Assembly (NCBI GenBank): GCA_949358305.1
Contig: OX442314.1
Location: 16,430,001 to 16,494,000, forward strand
Source: Strigamia acuminata
Taxonomy: Eukaryota
Length of the DNA: 64,000 bases
Direction of reading: 5' to 3'
Below the pieces are notes generated by a model that had not been told where the DNA came from, did no database searches, and worked only from the letters and a program-made list of their open reading frames with translations. The translations under genes were made by a program, and so were the position numbers. Shown here in pieces: positions 28,496 through 41,515 of the stretch (position 1 is its first letter; every line of letters starts with the position of its first letter).

Positions 28496-31400
28496 TCATA
28501 GAAATATTTTTTCTAAAGACATAAATGGTGCTTCGAAAGACAGAGAAATAAAAATTGCAGCTAAATAAGAACAGGTTGCACTTGCAAAAAACATGGAAAA
28601 CTAAAAGAAACAATAAGAAAAAACAAAAAAGTTAAATATTTAAACAATTCTAACTGGAAATAACAAACCATAAGTATGTGTGAAAAATGTGGAGGTACTT
28701 CTGGGCCCATAACAAATACTGGAATTATAGCAAGATGAATTAAGTAGGTGGAGTAAGTTAAACGTCCTAACGGTTGCCAAAAAGGCCATGATAAAAAACT
28801 GTTCACAACACCTGCAACCAAAATAAAAAAGTTTTAAAAATATATTTTTTTTAATGCGAAACCCCGAAATATTTCACACCTCCGTATCCGTTGCAGCAAG
28901 CAAAAATCATCCACGACAATGCAACAGACCAAGCCGATCTTGACAGGGCGAGGTAGAATGAATGTTCGTCTTGATTCATGTTCTCAGAATGATAACTGCC
29001 AAATATTACACCAGAACTTAATCCAAATGCGATCAACCACCCTGCAGCAACTACCATCTATAAGAATAATCAAAAAGTATAAATAAAAACCAAAAGGTAA
29101 TGTGAAAGAATTTACTCTATGCAATTTAGCTTGACACTTGCTTCTGTGTAATAAATATCCGCATGTCATTCCTAAAACATACGGTGCAATCCGACAATAT
29201 GGCTTTACATAAATTTGGTCGAAAGAACCGCTAAAATTTTGGATATGTATAATAGAATAAAAAGAAAAATTAAGAAAGCTCACTTCGTCAAACTTGAAAT
29301 ATGGTAATATGTTGCAATGGCACCAGTAGCTATCCAATTTATTAGAATAAAACAACCAGCAATAATTGCTGAAACCGGTAAATATCTAAAAGAAATATAA
29401 TTTAAAATATTATTAACGAGCATTTTTTATAATAATACCTGGTTAGGAAAAATAAAATAAGTGGACTGATTATAAAAAACTGCATGTCATTAGCTAAATA
29501 CCAAGTGTGGCCCATGCACTACTTAAAAAAATAATTAATAGTAAAATTCAATTTGCAGAAATACATTTATACAAACCGAGTCTTTTAAATCCATGAAGTT
29601 GTTGATGTACAGTAAATTTACCCACCAATATTCATCACATGCGTCACCACTCTGTCCCTGTTGAGGCCAAAATGGACCATCAATATAATATGGATATAAA
29701 ATATTGTAAAAAAGAAATAAAACGACAGCGTAAACAGGTGTTAATCTAAAAAAAAATATTAAATAGAAATAAAACAACACAAAAATAAAATTCCTATACC
29801 TCCAATATCGATGAAAATAAAACTTCAACCATGAAATTTTTCCATTTTTTCTTTCGTGTTCTTTAAGATACAAGTATGTCACCAATAATCCACTGAAATA
29901 AATAAGAAATATCAAATAAATAATTTCGAAAAAATATTATTTTAAATTAAAAACCTTAAAACAAAAAACGTGTCAACTGCAAACATAGCTTGCTGGAAAA
30001 ATAGGAACCAAAAACTTTTCATCCAATTCACTGCAACCAAAACATTATCTGAAATAAAAATATATTCCTGCGTTAAGTACTACTCTTTTAATTCTGAAAA
30101 AATGCAATAATTTACCTGTTACTACAGCTCCCATCGCATAAGTGTGACCTAAAATAATCCAACCCATGCTGAAGACACGAATACCGTTTAAACACATGAG
30201 AGAACTATCTCTTGGTTCGGTATTGAATAATTTTGATGAATTTGTATAAAATGAGAAACACAATAAAATCTTTCCGCAATTACGGGGTGACTGTGGCCCT
30301 GAAAAATATTACACGCTTAAAAGAAAACTGCTATTATTATTTGTATTTAAAAAATCGTACCAATAATCAGGACATCAGTATCCGTATGTACGTATGGAAG
30401 AATTTCTGCATCTGGATCTCTATGGAATTCTTGCGACAAATCATTTTGGGTATAAGACACCTCTTCAGCTTTAATCTTTGAAGTTCGTTCTTTTACAGTA
30501 AATATATATAGGTACAAATCGTACGAAGTACCAGCTAGAATTAACACCACTATCAGGAAACAAAAAACTCTAAAAAAAATAAAACAGTTGTTGGTCTACA
30601 GTACTTAAAATGAATTCAACTTTTAAAATTATATACAAACAAATAACAGCCCGTCGGTCATTCCAAATATCACGGCTTGGTGGAATACAATTACTCGACA
30701 AAACAACTGAGTGATTAAGTTTTGGAATAGCTGTAACAACAGATTTATATCAGTAAAAAGTATTTTAATCTAATTGTATTAATCATTAAAAGTTACCATT
30801 AATGTCTGCAAGAAGAATATTTAAATCGTTTGCAGTGCATGAATCGGGTACACAAACTGCAGTTCGTAAGCTAATACTCGTTTCCATCTACATATGCAAA
30901 AATTGAATAACTATTGATTCCTTTCTAAGGTTCCGCAGAAATCATCATTACCGTCGGTAAGGCAGCATTTATCCAACAATACTGACCACGAAACGGCTTA
31001 GTAGAGTTACCATATGGTAAGCCTTGACTTATGTTATTGCAAAGGGAGAAACTGCCAGCCCAAACGAAATTTCCTTGAGAAATTCCACTTCCTATTTTTC
31101 CATACGCGTCAAGCACTATGGTATGAAATAGAGAAATTATTAAAATTAAATCTGTTAGTAACAAAAATATATATATGAAATAAAAATTACTCTGGAAAGC
31201 CCATCCTTTTCCATCGAGCAAACCAAACGCAAAATCTACAACATCTTGTATACATTTGTCAGAAACATTTTGGTTATTGTAAATTTGCAACTTTTTTAAA
31301 GCAAATTGAGGTGTATTGAAGATACTGTATGGCTCAAGCTCATGGTCAGTCTTCAATAAGTCGGACTTGTTGTATAGTTTATATTCATTTATGACATTCA

Positions 31401-31497
31401 TTACTGTCTCCATGTTGAAATTCTGAATAACATCAGCTGCATTGACCTCGAGATCGAGATTACTCAGGAAAATCAAACCCGTAATAAAGAAAAACAT
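28496..31497 (-). CDS. NRF-6/O-acyltransferase-like protein (NRF domain + acyltransferase-3), copy 1, no lesion seen
   Basis: Signal peptide, LDAYGK, CVPDSC, CLNGIRVFSMGWIILGHTY, VDTFFVL, FYFHRYWRLTP, HTWYLANDMQ, YVKPYCR, WQPLGRLTYSTYLIH, FEAPF. Confidence 0.9.
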
Positions 31498-32284
31498 AAT
31501 CAATCTCTTCAAGTGCGGTGTAAATAAATGTACTGCTGTCAGCTTATAAATTTATGTATAATCAATGTCTATATCACATGACTACCGGTAAGCATAATTC
31601 CTTATGATTTTTGCGGTGAAAAAATAATGATTGAAGAACGTTTTCCAACGTTGACCACTGCTTGAAAAAGACAACAGGAGAATAATAGTTTTTGGGAGTA
31701 AAATACGAACTTGATTTCACCATAAAGCGCAAGATGTTGTTTCCGTCATGACCGTCAAAGTGGGAGGAACATCGCGTGCGTCCTTCAACCGGTCAGTAGA
31801 CCAGCAAATGACGCACATGTTAATATTGCACGCAGGAACAAACACAAATTGGGCAGCTATTCAAACTTAACATCAATTGCCTATTGTTCCGAAGTAAAGC
31901 TAAGGTATTACAAATTCATGATGATTAAGTACACGTGGTGCATTATTGAGTATTTGTTTGTTATTGGTGGTGAAAAGATTATTTTTAAAACATTTTTTCC
32001 ACAAAAATAAATCAGTGTATTTTTGACAACTTAAATGGGCAGGAAAATTGAAATTTCTGGAATTTCCACATGCAATTATAAATAAACAAATTGTTTTCCC
32101 CATTTGAATAACGAGGAAAAACAAATTCAAAACTATTAAGTCAATACATGAAATCTTGAAATAAAATGTTCTCTATATTTTATTTTCATTTATCTAACCA
32201 CATAATCAAGACAAACTGCAATACATGTCTTGAATTTACGCTTATAGTATTTTACATTTGCATTACAATTTTTTTTTTTTTGCA

Positions 32285-35200
32285 TAATTAACTTTCCTAA
32301 AGCTAAAAAAGGCGCCTCAAAAGATAAAGAAATAAAAATGGCAGCAAAATAAGAAAAAGCTGCACTTGCACAAAAGGTAGCAAACTAAAAGGAATAAAAA
32401 TTAATTAAATAAACACTTAAATAATTACAAGAAAAAGTAATAATGACTAACCATCTGTAAATGTGAAAAATGTGGACGTACATCTACACCCAAAACAAAT
32501 AGGGAAATTATCACATTGTGGATTAAATAGGTACTGTACGTTAAACGTCCGAATGGTTGCCAAAAAGGCCATGATAAAATACTGTTCACCACACCTTCAT
32601 ATTAAAAAATAAATAAAATTATTTTCACAATTAAAATATTAATTTGTATCATACCTCCATATCCATTACAACACGCGAAAATCATCCAAGCCAAAGCCAC
32701 TGACCATGCTGATCATGATAAAGCAAGATACAATGATTCAACGTCCTGAGTCATTACATTGTGATAAATACCAAACATTACAGCTGAACTTAATCCAACT
32801 GCAGTCAACCATCCCGCAGTAACCACTAGCTAAAATTAATTTAAATTTGAAAAATAATAATAATAATACTACTACTAATAATAATTCCACGAATTTACTT
32901 TTTGCAATTTTGCTTTGCATTTGTTTCTGTGCAATAAATATCCACATATCATTCCGATTATGTAAGCAGCTATTCGACAATACGGCTTTTCGTAAATTTT
33001 GACGAAGGCATCACTAAATTTTCGACAATATAAAAATCAAATTGTGTATATTAGCTTAAAGATCGGCCCCTGATGGCGCCGATTGAATGAAAGTGCGCGA
33101 AATATGACAAAATACCAACGTATAAAGTTAAATACGATAAATAAACTTATGACTATTTAAGTTATTAGTGAAAAAAAAAGGTGATTATTGATCAGATATT
33201 AATTTGATAAAATCAATATCAAACCATATAATCACAAAAAAATACTTACGACTGTAAAGAGTACCAATTGAGCTCATTTGGACTTAGTCTGCTGCAAGGT
33301 CCTGACCCGCTAACCCCTAAAGTGATCTGCGAATCCATGGATTCTGATGTCCTGTTGGCTGTCACTAATCCCTATTGTTCCTCAAATATATATAAGTATA
33401 TAAGGTCTGGATTTTTGCCAGATCTTCGCTTTTTGTTTGTTTTTTGTATCTTTGATCTTGAAATACATTAAGCCCAATAGCTGACATTCTGATCTGTCGC
33501 TGTCAATATACCGCTCATATACGAAGCAATGCGGGAAGTAAACCGGTGCAATAAATACCCGTTCGTGGTCACGCAACCATCTAATCGTTACGGCTCTGAG
33601 ACGGATGGAGGCCTGAAAACCTCCCGAAATGATCGTGGATCATTGTGACTGTCCCCGCCACTAAACCGTCTACACGGGAAGCTGAACCCGTCCAACAAAT
33701 TCCGGTTGTGGATCAGCGCAATCCAATCCACCGTCACGGCTCTGAGGCGTATGGAGACGTCAAAACTTCCCTCGATGATTGTGGATCATCGCTGACTGTC
33801 CCCGCCAAAATTACGAAACACTAACGTTCCTTGATTGTATTTTCCGTAGTATTTAGCTATGATTCGATCGATACGTGTTTGAACGATTGTTTAAAGGTCA
33901 GTGAATGCGGAGTCTCCGCATACGCGCATTCTTGCCAGATGGCCTAATGGCCATGTAAGTTTGTAACGTTGTTGTGACGATGCCGCGAAGCCAGCCCTAT
34001 TCCTTGGCCCGCCCGAACACTCAACCAGTAGATGCAACCTGTCTACACGTGTTTAGAACCCTTTCCATGAAATAAATCTATTCAAGTGGTATTTGTCGTA
34101 AGTCTTATTCAGTACAATTCACTTAGCGCACACTACTTTGCCTACCTCGCGTAGGTTATTGTTTAAGTAGTCATGTGTTATATTTATCTCTCTAGGGTAA
34201 TTAAATATTTACCCTTTAAAAAGGTAGAAACATCGCAAAATTAAAAAACGTAAGAAAACTTACTTTGATGAATTTCTAATGTGATAATGCGTTGCGATGG
34301 CACCAGTAGCTATCCAATTTGCTAAAATTAAACAACCAGCAAAAATTGACGAAACCAATAAATTTCTGCAAGATATTATAGATATTAGATAAATTATAGT
34401 AATAATAATAAGATAATAATAATAAGCATCAGTTTGTAATACCTAGTTATAAAAATTAAAATAAGTGGACTGATTACATAAAATTGCATGTCGTTGGCCA
34501 AATACCACGTGTGGCCCATACACTATAATATACATTTAAAAAAAAAAACCTAAATTCAATTACCATAATATAAAACCCTTAAATCATTTTATACGAACCA
34601 AATCATTAAAATCGATGAAGTTGTTAATATACAATAAAGTCGTCCACCAATATTTGTCGCACTTGTCACCACTTAATCCTTGTTCAGGCCAAAATGGACC
34701 ATCAATATAATAAGGAGATAAAATGTTGTAAAAAAGAAATAAGACCACAGCATAAACGGGTGTCAATCTGAAATAAAATATCAAAGATAAATAAAACATC
34801 ACAGAGGATTGTAATTCTTACCTCCAATATCGATGAAAATAAAATTTTAACCATGAAATTTTCCCATTTGTTCTTTCATATTCTTTAAGATAGAAATATG
34901 TCACCAACAATCCACTGAAACAAAAGAAAAAAAATAATCAATTAATTTAAAAAAATAAAACGTTATACCGACAGAACCTTAAAACGAAAAACGTGTCGAC
35001 TGAAAACACCCCTTGCGCAATAAATAAAAACGAAAAACTAGTTATCCAATCCATATGAACCAATACGTTATCTAAACTCAAAATAGATTATTTAGTTTCT
35101 TACTTCAGCATAAATGCTATACTACACCTGCTACAAGAGCCCCCATGGTGTAACTATGTCCTAAAATAATCCACAGCATGCTAATTACGCGAATACCGTT

Positions 35201-35866
35201 TATGCACATGAGTGAGTTGTCTCTTGGCTCGGTATTAAATAATTTAGAACCATTTGTATACAATGAGAAACAAAGAAAAATCTTTCCACATATACCTAAA
35301 ACAATTATAAACGTGAAATATAGAATAACCATGGAAAAATAAATTTACCATCACATGCTGAATTTCTTTCATTATCGTCAATAATTAGTGGATTATTACC
35401 CGCATTTATTAACGATTGATGAATTTCTACTTCAGCTTGTGTTTCGATTTCTTGCGATAATTTATTTCGTCTATTAAACACCGGTTTAGCTATACTTTTG
35501 AATCGTGGTGAATTTAGAGTTGATGAATGTAAGTACACATCGTATAAGGTACCAGATAGAATTATTGCAGCCATCATTAAACAAAATACTCTACGCAAAG
35601 AGAAATGCTATTAATATTTGATATACTTTTAAAATTCCAACTTTTTAACTTTCATACAAACAAATAACAGCACGTTGGTCATTCCAAATGGTACGACTTG
35701 GTGAAATCTCGTGGTCAGTCTTCAACACGTTGGACTTATTACCCTGTTGGGTTTCATTTAGTAGGTTCAATATTGTCTGTATATTGAAATTCTGTGAAAT
35801 ATCAGCCGCTTTAACTTCAAGGTTAATGTTGACTGAAAAAATTAAACCCGTAATTAAGAACAACAT
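32285..35866 (-). pseudogene. NRF-6-like copy 2, disabled
   Basis: In-frame TGA at 32713-32715 (CGA in copy 3), ~630-bp deletion at ~35706 relative to copy 3, 1.2-kb intronic insertion and replaced upstream region; 3' coordinate approximate. Confidence 0.85.
33043..34237. mobile_element. Probable solo LTR (1195 bp) in an intron of NRF-6 copy 2
   Basis: TG...CA termini with a 4-bp AAAT duplication (33039-33042 and 34238-34241); the empty site ATCAAATTAAAAAACG is present in copy 3 at ~39005; no coding homology seen. Confidence 0.8.
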
Positions 35867-36638
35867 AGTTCTACAACTACAATATTCGTCTCCAGCTGAT
35901 GAATACATGTAATATTGATGACTGCCACATGAGCATATTGTTAGAAGAATCCACACATGTTAGCAGTAAAATGGGATTTTACTGGCACAAGCAGTAAAAT
36001 CATTTTACTGGCACAAACAAAATAGGGTTACATATAGTAGTGAACACAACACAATGCCAACTGGTGGTGATAATCTAAACAATTTAAATTCACATTTTTA
36101 CCCACAATATCCCCCATGGGAATTTAACACTGTTTTCACACATTTAAACATCATAAAATTAAATACAATAATAAACACCACATTTCCAAACTTCCATTGG
36201 TAGTTCGATGTCATCATTTGATTGCATGTCACTCAGTACCGTATTTGCTGTGTCTATAATAGTTCTTTCACTCCTTCAATGATTGCATTCAGCTTGCTCC
36301 TCGTTGTGGTACGTGTGTCACCTGACGAGAAGGTCTTTGTGGCGAGGAATTTGCCTCGCTCCAAACGGCAGGATCAACACAAAATTTATCAAGAACACAT
36401 GTACCAAAACCCCGTCCTACCAGTCAGGGCTTTATCAAACGTAAAGGAGTAATATAGGACAAAGGATACATCAACGTGAGTTACATTACTTTCTGAGTAA
36501 TCTCCGCAGATTTGCTAACTGTGATAACAAATTAGCAACAACACTTTGGCAGAATTTTCCATCAACGTGGGAAACAGCCAAACCAGCATTGAAACTCAGC
36601 AATTAGCGAGTCGCAAGGAACTACCTCACGAACCTAAT

Positions 36639-37937
36639 TGTTAGGACAATATGTTAGGTTAGGTTAAGGATAGGCTAGGCCAGGTTAAGTTAGGTTAAGG
36701 TTAGGTTCATTTCCGACACCTTTGAGTGTCATTTTCGGACTCAAGAGGCTTTATTTGGTAAGTAACCAAATTTTGGGCCCATTCTGAAGCGGGCCATATT
36801 CTAAAGTAACTCCACACTAAGCCTCTGTGTGAGCAACTGGAAAAGTGAAGTAAGCCTCTGTGTGAGCAACTGAACTGGAAAAGTGAAGTAAGCCTCTGTG
36901 TGAGCAACTGAACTGGAAAAGTGAAGTAAGCCTCTGTGTGAGCATTCACCAAAAAGACGGAACCCTAGATAACAGTCACAAATATAAGCCTCTGTGTGAG
37001 CATTTCTCTCGCGTGCCAGTGAGCCTAAGGACGAAACAATGCGAAGGATGTCGCTACAAAGGACTTCCCCAGGACGCCGCCCAGCTGCAAGGACCAAGAC
37101 TCCATCTTGGATACTTCCAGTGTGACGACGAGAACGACATTACATATATATATATACAGAAACATGAATTGTATGGTTGTATTAGTTGGTTAAATAAAAG
37201 GTGTTTTATTTCATGCCTGTGTGTGTGTACAATTATCAATTTGGGTACTTGTTAGCGATAACAAGAAAAGAAGGTAAGTGAGACTCATTGCGAGTTCGAC
37301 AGCCTCATGAAGTAAGAGAGGAAGGGAGCACAACATGTGGGGGCCTCTCCAGGATTAATAGAGTAAACAGGGGAATTGACCCAGTTGAAAATTAATTCTT
37401 TTGAACTCGAGATCACTGATTGTACCCAAAGAAAAATGGCAGACAACATTGTAGCCATTGTTTCCAACTCTGATCCACCGAGACAAGTCAGCAGTCGCAA
37501 GGGAACCAACTATAAACTTAGGTCGTGACGTCCCTTGCCAGAAGCCTCTTCGCACTCCACAAGGCAACGATGTCGAAAGGTTAAGCCCAGGCCGGAGGAG
37601 TGCATCTGAGGGGCAACTCCCGCCTCGCGACGAGACGAGGCAGCAATCAGATGTGACAGGGAGGCACGAGGATTTGCCTCGAAATAAACTGCTGCGTTGT
37701 GTACACATCAGCGAGACGAGTGGAAATGAGGATTTGCCTTGGACAGACTTGCTTCGTTTAACAAAGACCACTGAGGCCGGTAACCAGCTGGCGGAAAGAG
37801 AGGCACGAGCCTTCAAGTACGGCAAGACCCAGCGCTACCCAACAATGCTCGAGGAGGTGGAGCTTGTAGAACGAGCCGTGATGGCCCACCAAAGTTTCGA
37901 GACTACCTCGAATACACCCAATTGGTGGTGTAGACCG
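36639..37937 (+). mobile_element. Truncated LTR retrotransposon: 5' LTR (~36639-37335), PBS and degenerate gag-like start
   Basis: TGTT...AACA ends; TGGGGGCCTCTCCAGGAT at 37338-37355 (14/18 to the tRNA-Pro PBS TGGGGGCTCGTCCGGGAT); AATAAA at ~37193; GC-rich ORF-like sequence downstream. Left boundary less certain. Confidence 0.65.
36818..37002 (+). repeat. Tandem array with five copies of TAAGCCTCTGTGTGAGCA
   Basis: Copies at 36818, 36851, 36889, 36927 and 36985; periods 33, 38, 38 and 58 bp. Confidence 0.95.
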
Positions 37938-38263
37938 ATTTGTTTGTTATTGGTGGTAAAAAGATTTTTTTTAAAACATTTCTTCCACAAAAATAAATCA
38001 GAGTATTTTTGGCAACTTTTATGGTCAGGAAAATTGAAATTTCTGAAATTTCCACATGCAATTATAAATAAACAAATTGTTTTCCCCATTGAATAACGAG
38101 GAAAAACGAATTCAAAATTATTAAGTCGATACATGAAATCTTGAAATAAAATGTTCTCTATAGTTTATTTTCATTTATCTAACCATATAACCAAGACAAA
38201 TTGCAATAGCAATATATGTCTTGAATTTAAGCTTACAGTATTTTACATTTGCATTACAAATTT

Positions 38264-41200
38264 TTATAAAATTAACTTTTCTAAAGCTAAAAAAGGCGCC
38301 TCAAAAGATAAAGAAATAAAAATGGCAGCAAAATAAGAAAAAGCTGTACTTGCAAAAAAGATAGCAAACTAAAAGGAATAAAAATTAATTAAATAAACAC
38401 TTAAATAATTACAAGACAAAGTAAAACTGACTAACCATTTGTAAATGTGAAAAATGTGGAGGTACATCTAGACCCAAAACAAATAGGGAAATTATCACAA
38501 GATGGATTAAGTAGGTACTGTACGTTAAACGTCCGAATGGTTGCCAAAAAGGCCACGATAAAATACTGTTCACTACACCTTCATATTAAAAAATAAATAC
38601 AATTATTTTTACAATTAAAATATTAAATTTTATCATACCTCCATATCCATTACAACACGCGAAAATCATCCAAGCTAAAGCCACTGACCATGCTGATCGT
38701 GATAACGCAAGATACAATGATTCAACGTCCTGAGTCATTACAGTGTGATAAATACCAAACATTACAGCAGAACTTAACCCAACTGCAGTGAACCATCCCG
38801 CAGCAACCACCAGCTAAAAATAATTTAAATTTGTTTAAAAAAAATAACAATAATTCCACGAATTTACTTTATGCAACTTTGCTTCGCATTTGTTTCTGTG
38901 CAATAAATATCCACATATCATTCCGATTATGTAAGGAGCTATTCGACAATATGGCTTGTCGTAAATTTTGTCGAAGATAGCACTAAATTTTCGACAATAT
39001 AAAAATCAAATTAAAAAACGCAAGAAAACTTACGGTGACGAATTTCCAAGGTGGTAATGCGTTGCGATGGCACCAGTAGCTATCCAATTTGCCAAAATTA
39101 AACAACCAGCAAAAATTGCCGAAACCGATAAATTTCTGCAAAATATTATAGACATTAGATATATTATAGTAAGTGAAGATAATAATAATAAGCATCAGTT
39201 TGTAATACCTGGTTATAAATATTAAAATAAGTGGACTGATTACATAAAATTGCATGTCGTTGGCCAAATACCACGTGTGGCCCATACACTATAATATACA
39301 TTAAAGAAATAACTAAATTCAATTACCATAATATAAATCACTTAAATCATTTTATACGAACCAAATCATTAAAATCGATGAAGTTGTTAACATACAATAA
39401 ATTCGCCCACCAATATTTGTCGCACTTGTCACCACTTAATCCTTGTTCAGGCCAAAATGGACCATCAATGTAATAAGGAGATAAAATGTTGTAAAAAAGA
39501 AATAAAACCACAGCATAAACGGGTGTCAATCTGAAACAAAATATTAAAGAAAAATACAGTAAAACATCACAGGGGATTGTAATTCCTACCTCCAATATCG
39601 ATGAAAATAAAATTTTAACCATAAAATTTTCCCATTTGTTCTTTCATATTCTTTAAGATACAAATATGTCACCAACAATCCACTGAAACAAAGAAAAAAA
39701 TTAAACAAGTAATTCCCTTTCAAAAAAAAGTTATACCGAACCTTAAAACAAAAAACGTGTCGACTGAAAACACCGCTTGCGCAATAAATAAATACGAAAA
39801 ACTAGTTATCCAATTCATTGGAACCAATACGTTATCTAAACTCAAAATAGATTATTTAGTTTCTTACTTCAGCATAAATGCTAAATGCATAAATGCTACA
39901 CCTGCTAAAAGAGCCCCCATGGAGTAACTATGACCTAAAATAATCCACAACATGCTAATTACGCGAATACCGTTTATGCACATGAGTGAGTTGTCTCTTG
40001 GCTCGGTATTAAATAATTTAGATCCATTTGTATATAATGAGAAACACAAAAAAATCTTTCCACAAATACCTAAAACAATTACAAACGTGAAAAATAGAAT
40101 AAAACCTACAAAATTAAATTTACCATTGCATGCTGATTTCCTTTTATTATCGTCAATAATCAGTGAAGTATTATCCTCATTTATTGACGATGGATGAATT
40201 TCTACTTCAGCTTGTGTTTCGATTTCTTGCGATAATTTATTTCGACTATTGTTAAACACCGGATTAGCTATACTTTTGGAAGGTGGTGAATTTAAAGCGG
40301 ATGAATGTAAGTACACATCGTATATGGTACCAGATAGAATTATTGCAGCCATCAAAAAACAAAAGACTCTATGCAAAGAGAAAAGCTATTAATATTTAAT
40401 ATACTTAAAAAAATCCAACTTTTCAACTTTCATACAAACAAATAACAGCACGTTGGTCATTCCAAATATTACGACTTGGTGAAATACAACCAGCCAACAG
40501 AACAACCGACCCATTAAGTTTCGGAATAGCTAGAACATCGTATTTAAGTCAGTACATTAGTAGTTTGCGCCGTCATATTAAATTACCATTAATATCTGCC
40601 ATTAGTATATTTAAATCCTCAACTTTGCACGAATTTGGTACACAAACTGCAGTTCGTAGGTTAATATTTTGTCCTACCTAAACAAGTAAAATTAGATAAA
40701 CATCTGTAACTTAGTTCTTTCGAAGTTATTACCACAATTTGTTGCTGTGTGGCTGCAGTTATCCAACAGTATCGCCCATGAAACGGATCTGTGAAGTTGC
40801 GATAAGGTGGACCTTGAATAACGCCATTGCAAAGTGAGAAACTGCCTGGCCAAATCACATTTCCTTGAGAAATTCCACTCCCTATTTTTCCATATGCATC
40901 AAGCACTGTTATAAAACAAAAAAAAAACATTAAACAATTAAACTGATGGTAAATTAAACTTATTACTCTTCCAAGCCCATCCTTTGCCATCAACCAAGCC
41001 AGATGCAAATTCTATGACATTTTGGAGACATTCGGCAGAAACATTCGGGTTATTGTAAATTTGTAACTTCTCTAATGCCAATTGAGGTGTATTGAAAATA
41101 CTGTGTGGTTCAATCTCGTGGTCAGTCTTCAACATGTTGGACTTATTACCCTGTTTGATTTCATTTAGTAGGTTCACTATTGTCTGTATATTGAAATTCT

Positions 41201-41273
41201 GTGATATATCAGTCGCTTTAACTTCAAGGTTAAGGTTGACTAAAAAAATTAAACCCGTAATTAAAAACAACAT
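38264..41273 (-). CDS. NRF-6/O-acyltransferase-like copy 3, no lesion seen
   Basis: Same exon series and motifs as copy 1; stop TAA after FEAPFLALEKLIL. Confidence 0.85.
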
Positions 41274-41515
41274 AGTTCTACAACTACAATATTCTGGCTC
41301 CAGCTGATGAATACATGTAACACTGATGACTATCACATGAGCATGTTGCACACCCACGTGAAAATCAACGGGTAATTCAAGATAATCATAACAAAAAGTT
41401 AATTTTTTTGAAAGAGATAAAAACTATAAATTCAATGATAACATTTTTCCACGAAAGTTGGATGGAACTATCGCTTATGTTTATTAATCAGTCAATTGAG
41501 TTGGACGCCATTATA

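Noticed and set aside
36654..36707. Telomere
   Set aside because: Short, degenerate and interstitial, inside a putative LTR.
36818..37002. CRISPR-like repeat-spacer appearance
   Set aside because: Three of the four spacers are near-identical, the repeat is only 18 bp, the context is eukaryotic and no cas genes are present; it is a minisatellite.
37458..38096. 212-aa ORF as a real gene
   Set aside because: Chimeric: it runs from retroelement sequence into the antisense 3' flank of NRF-6 copy 3.
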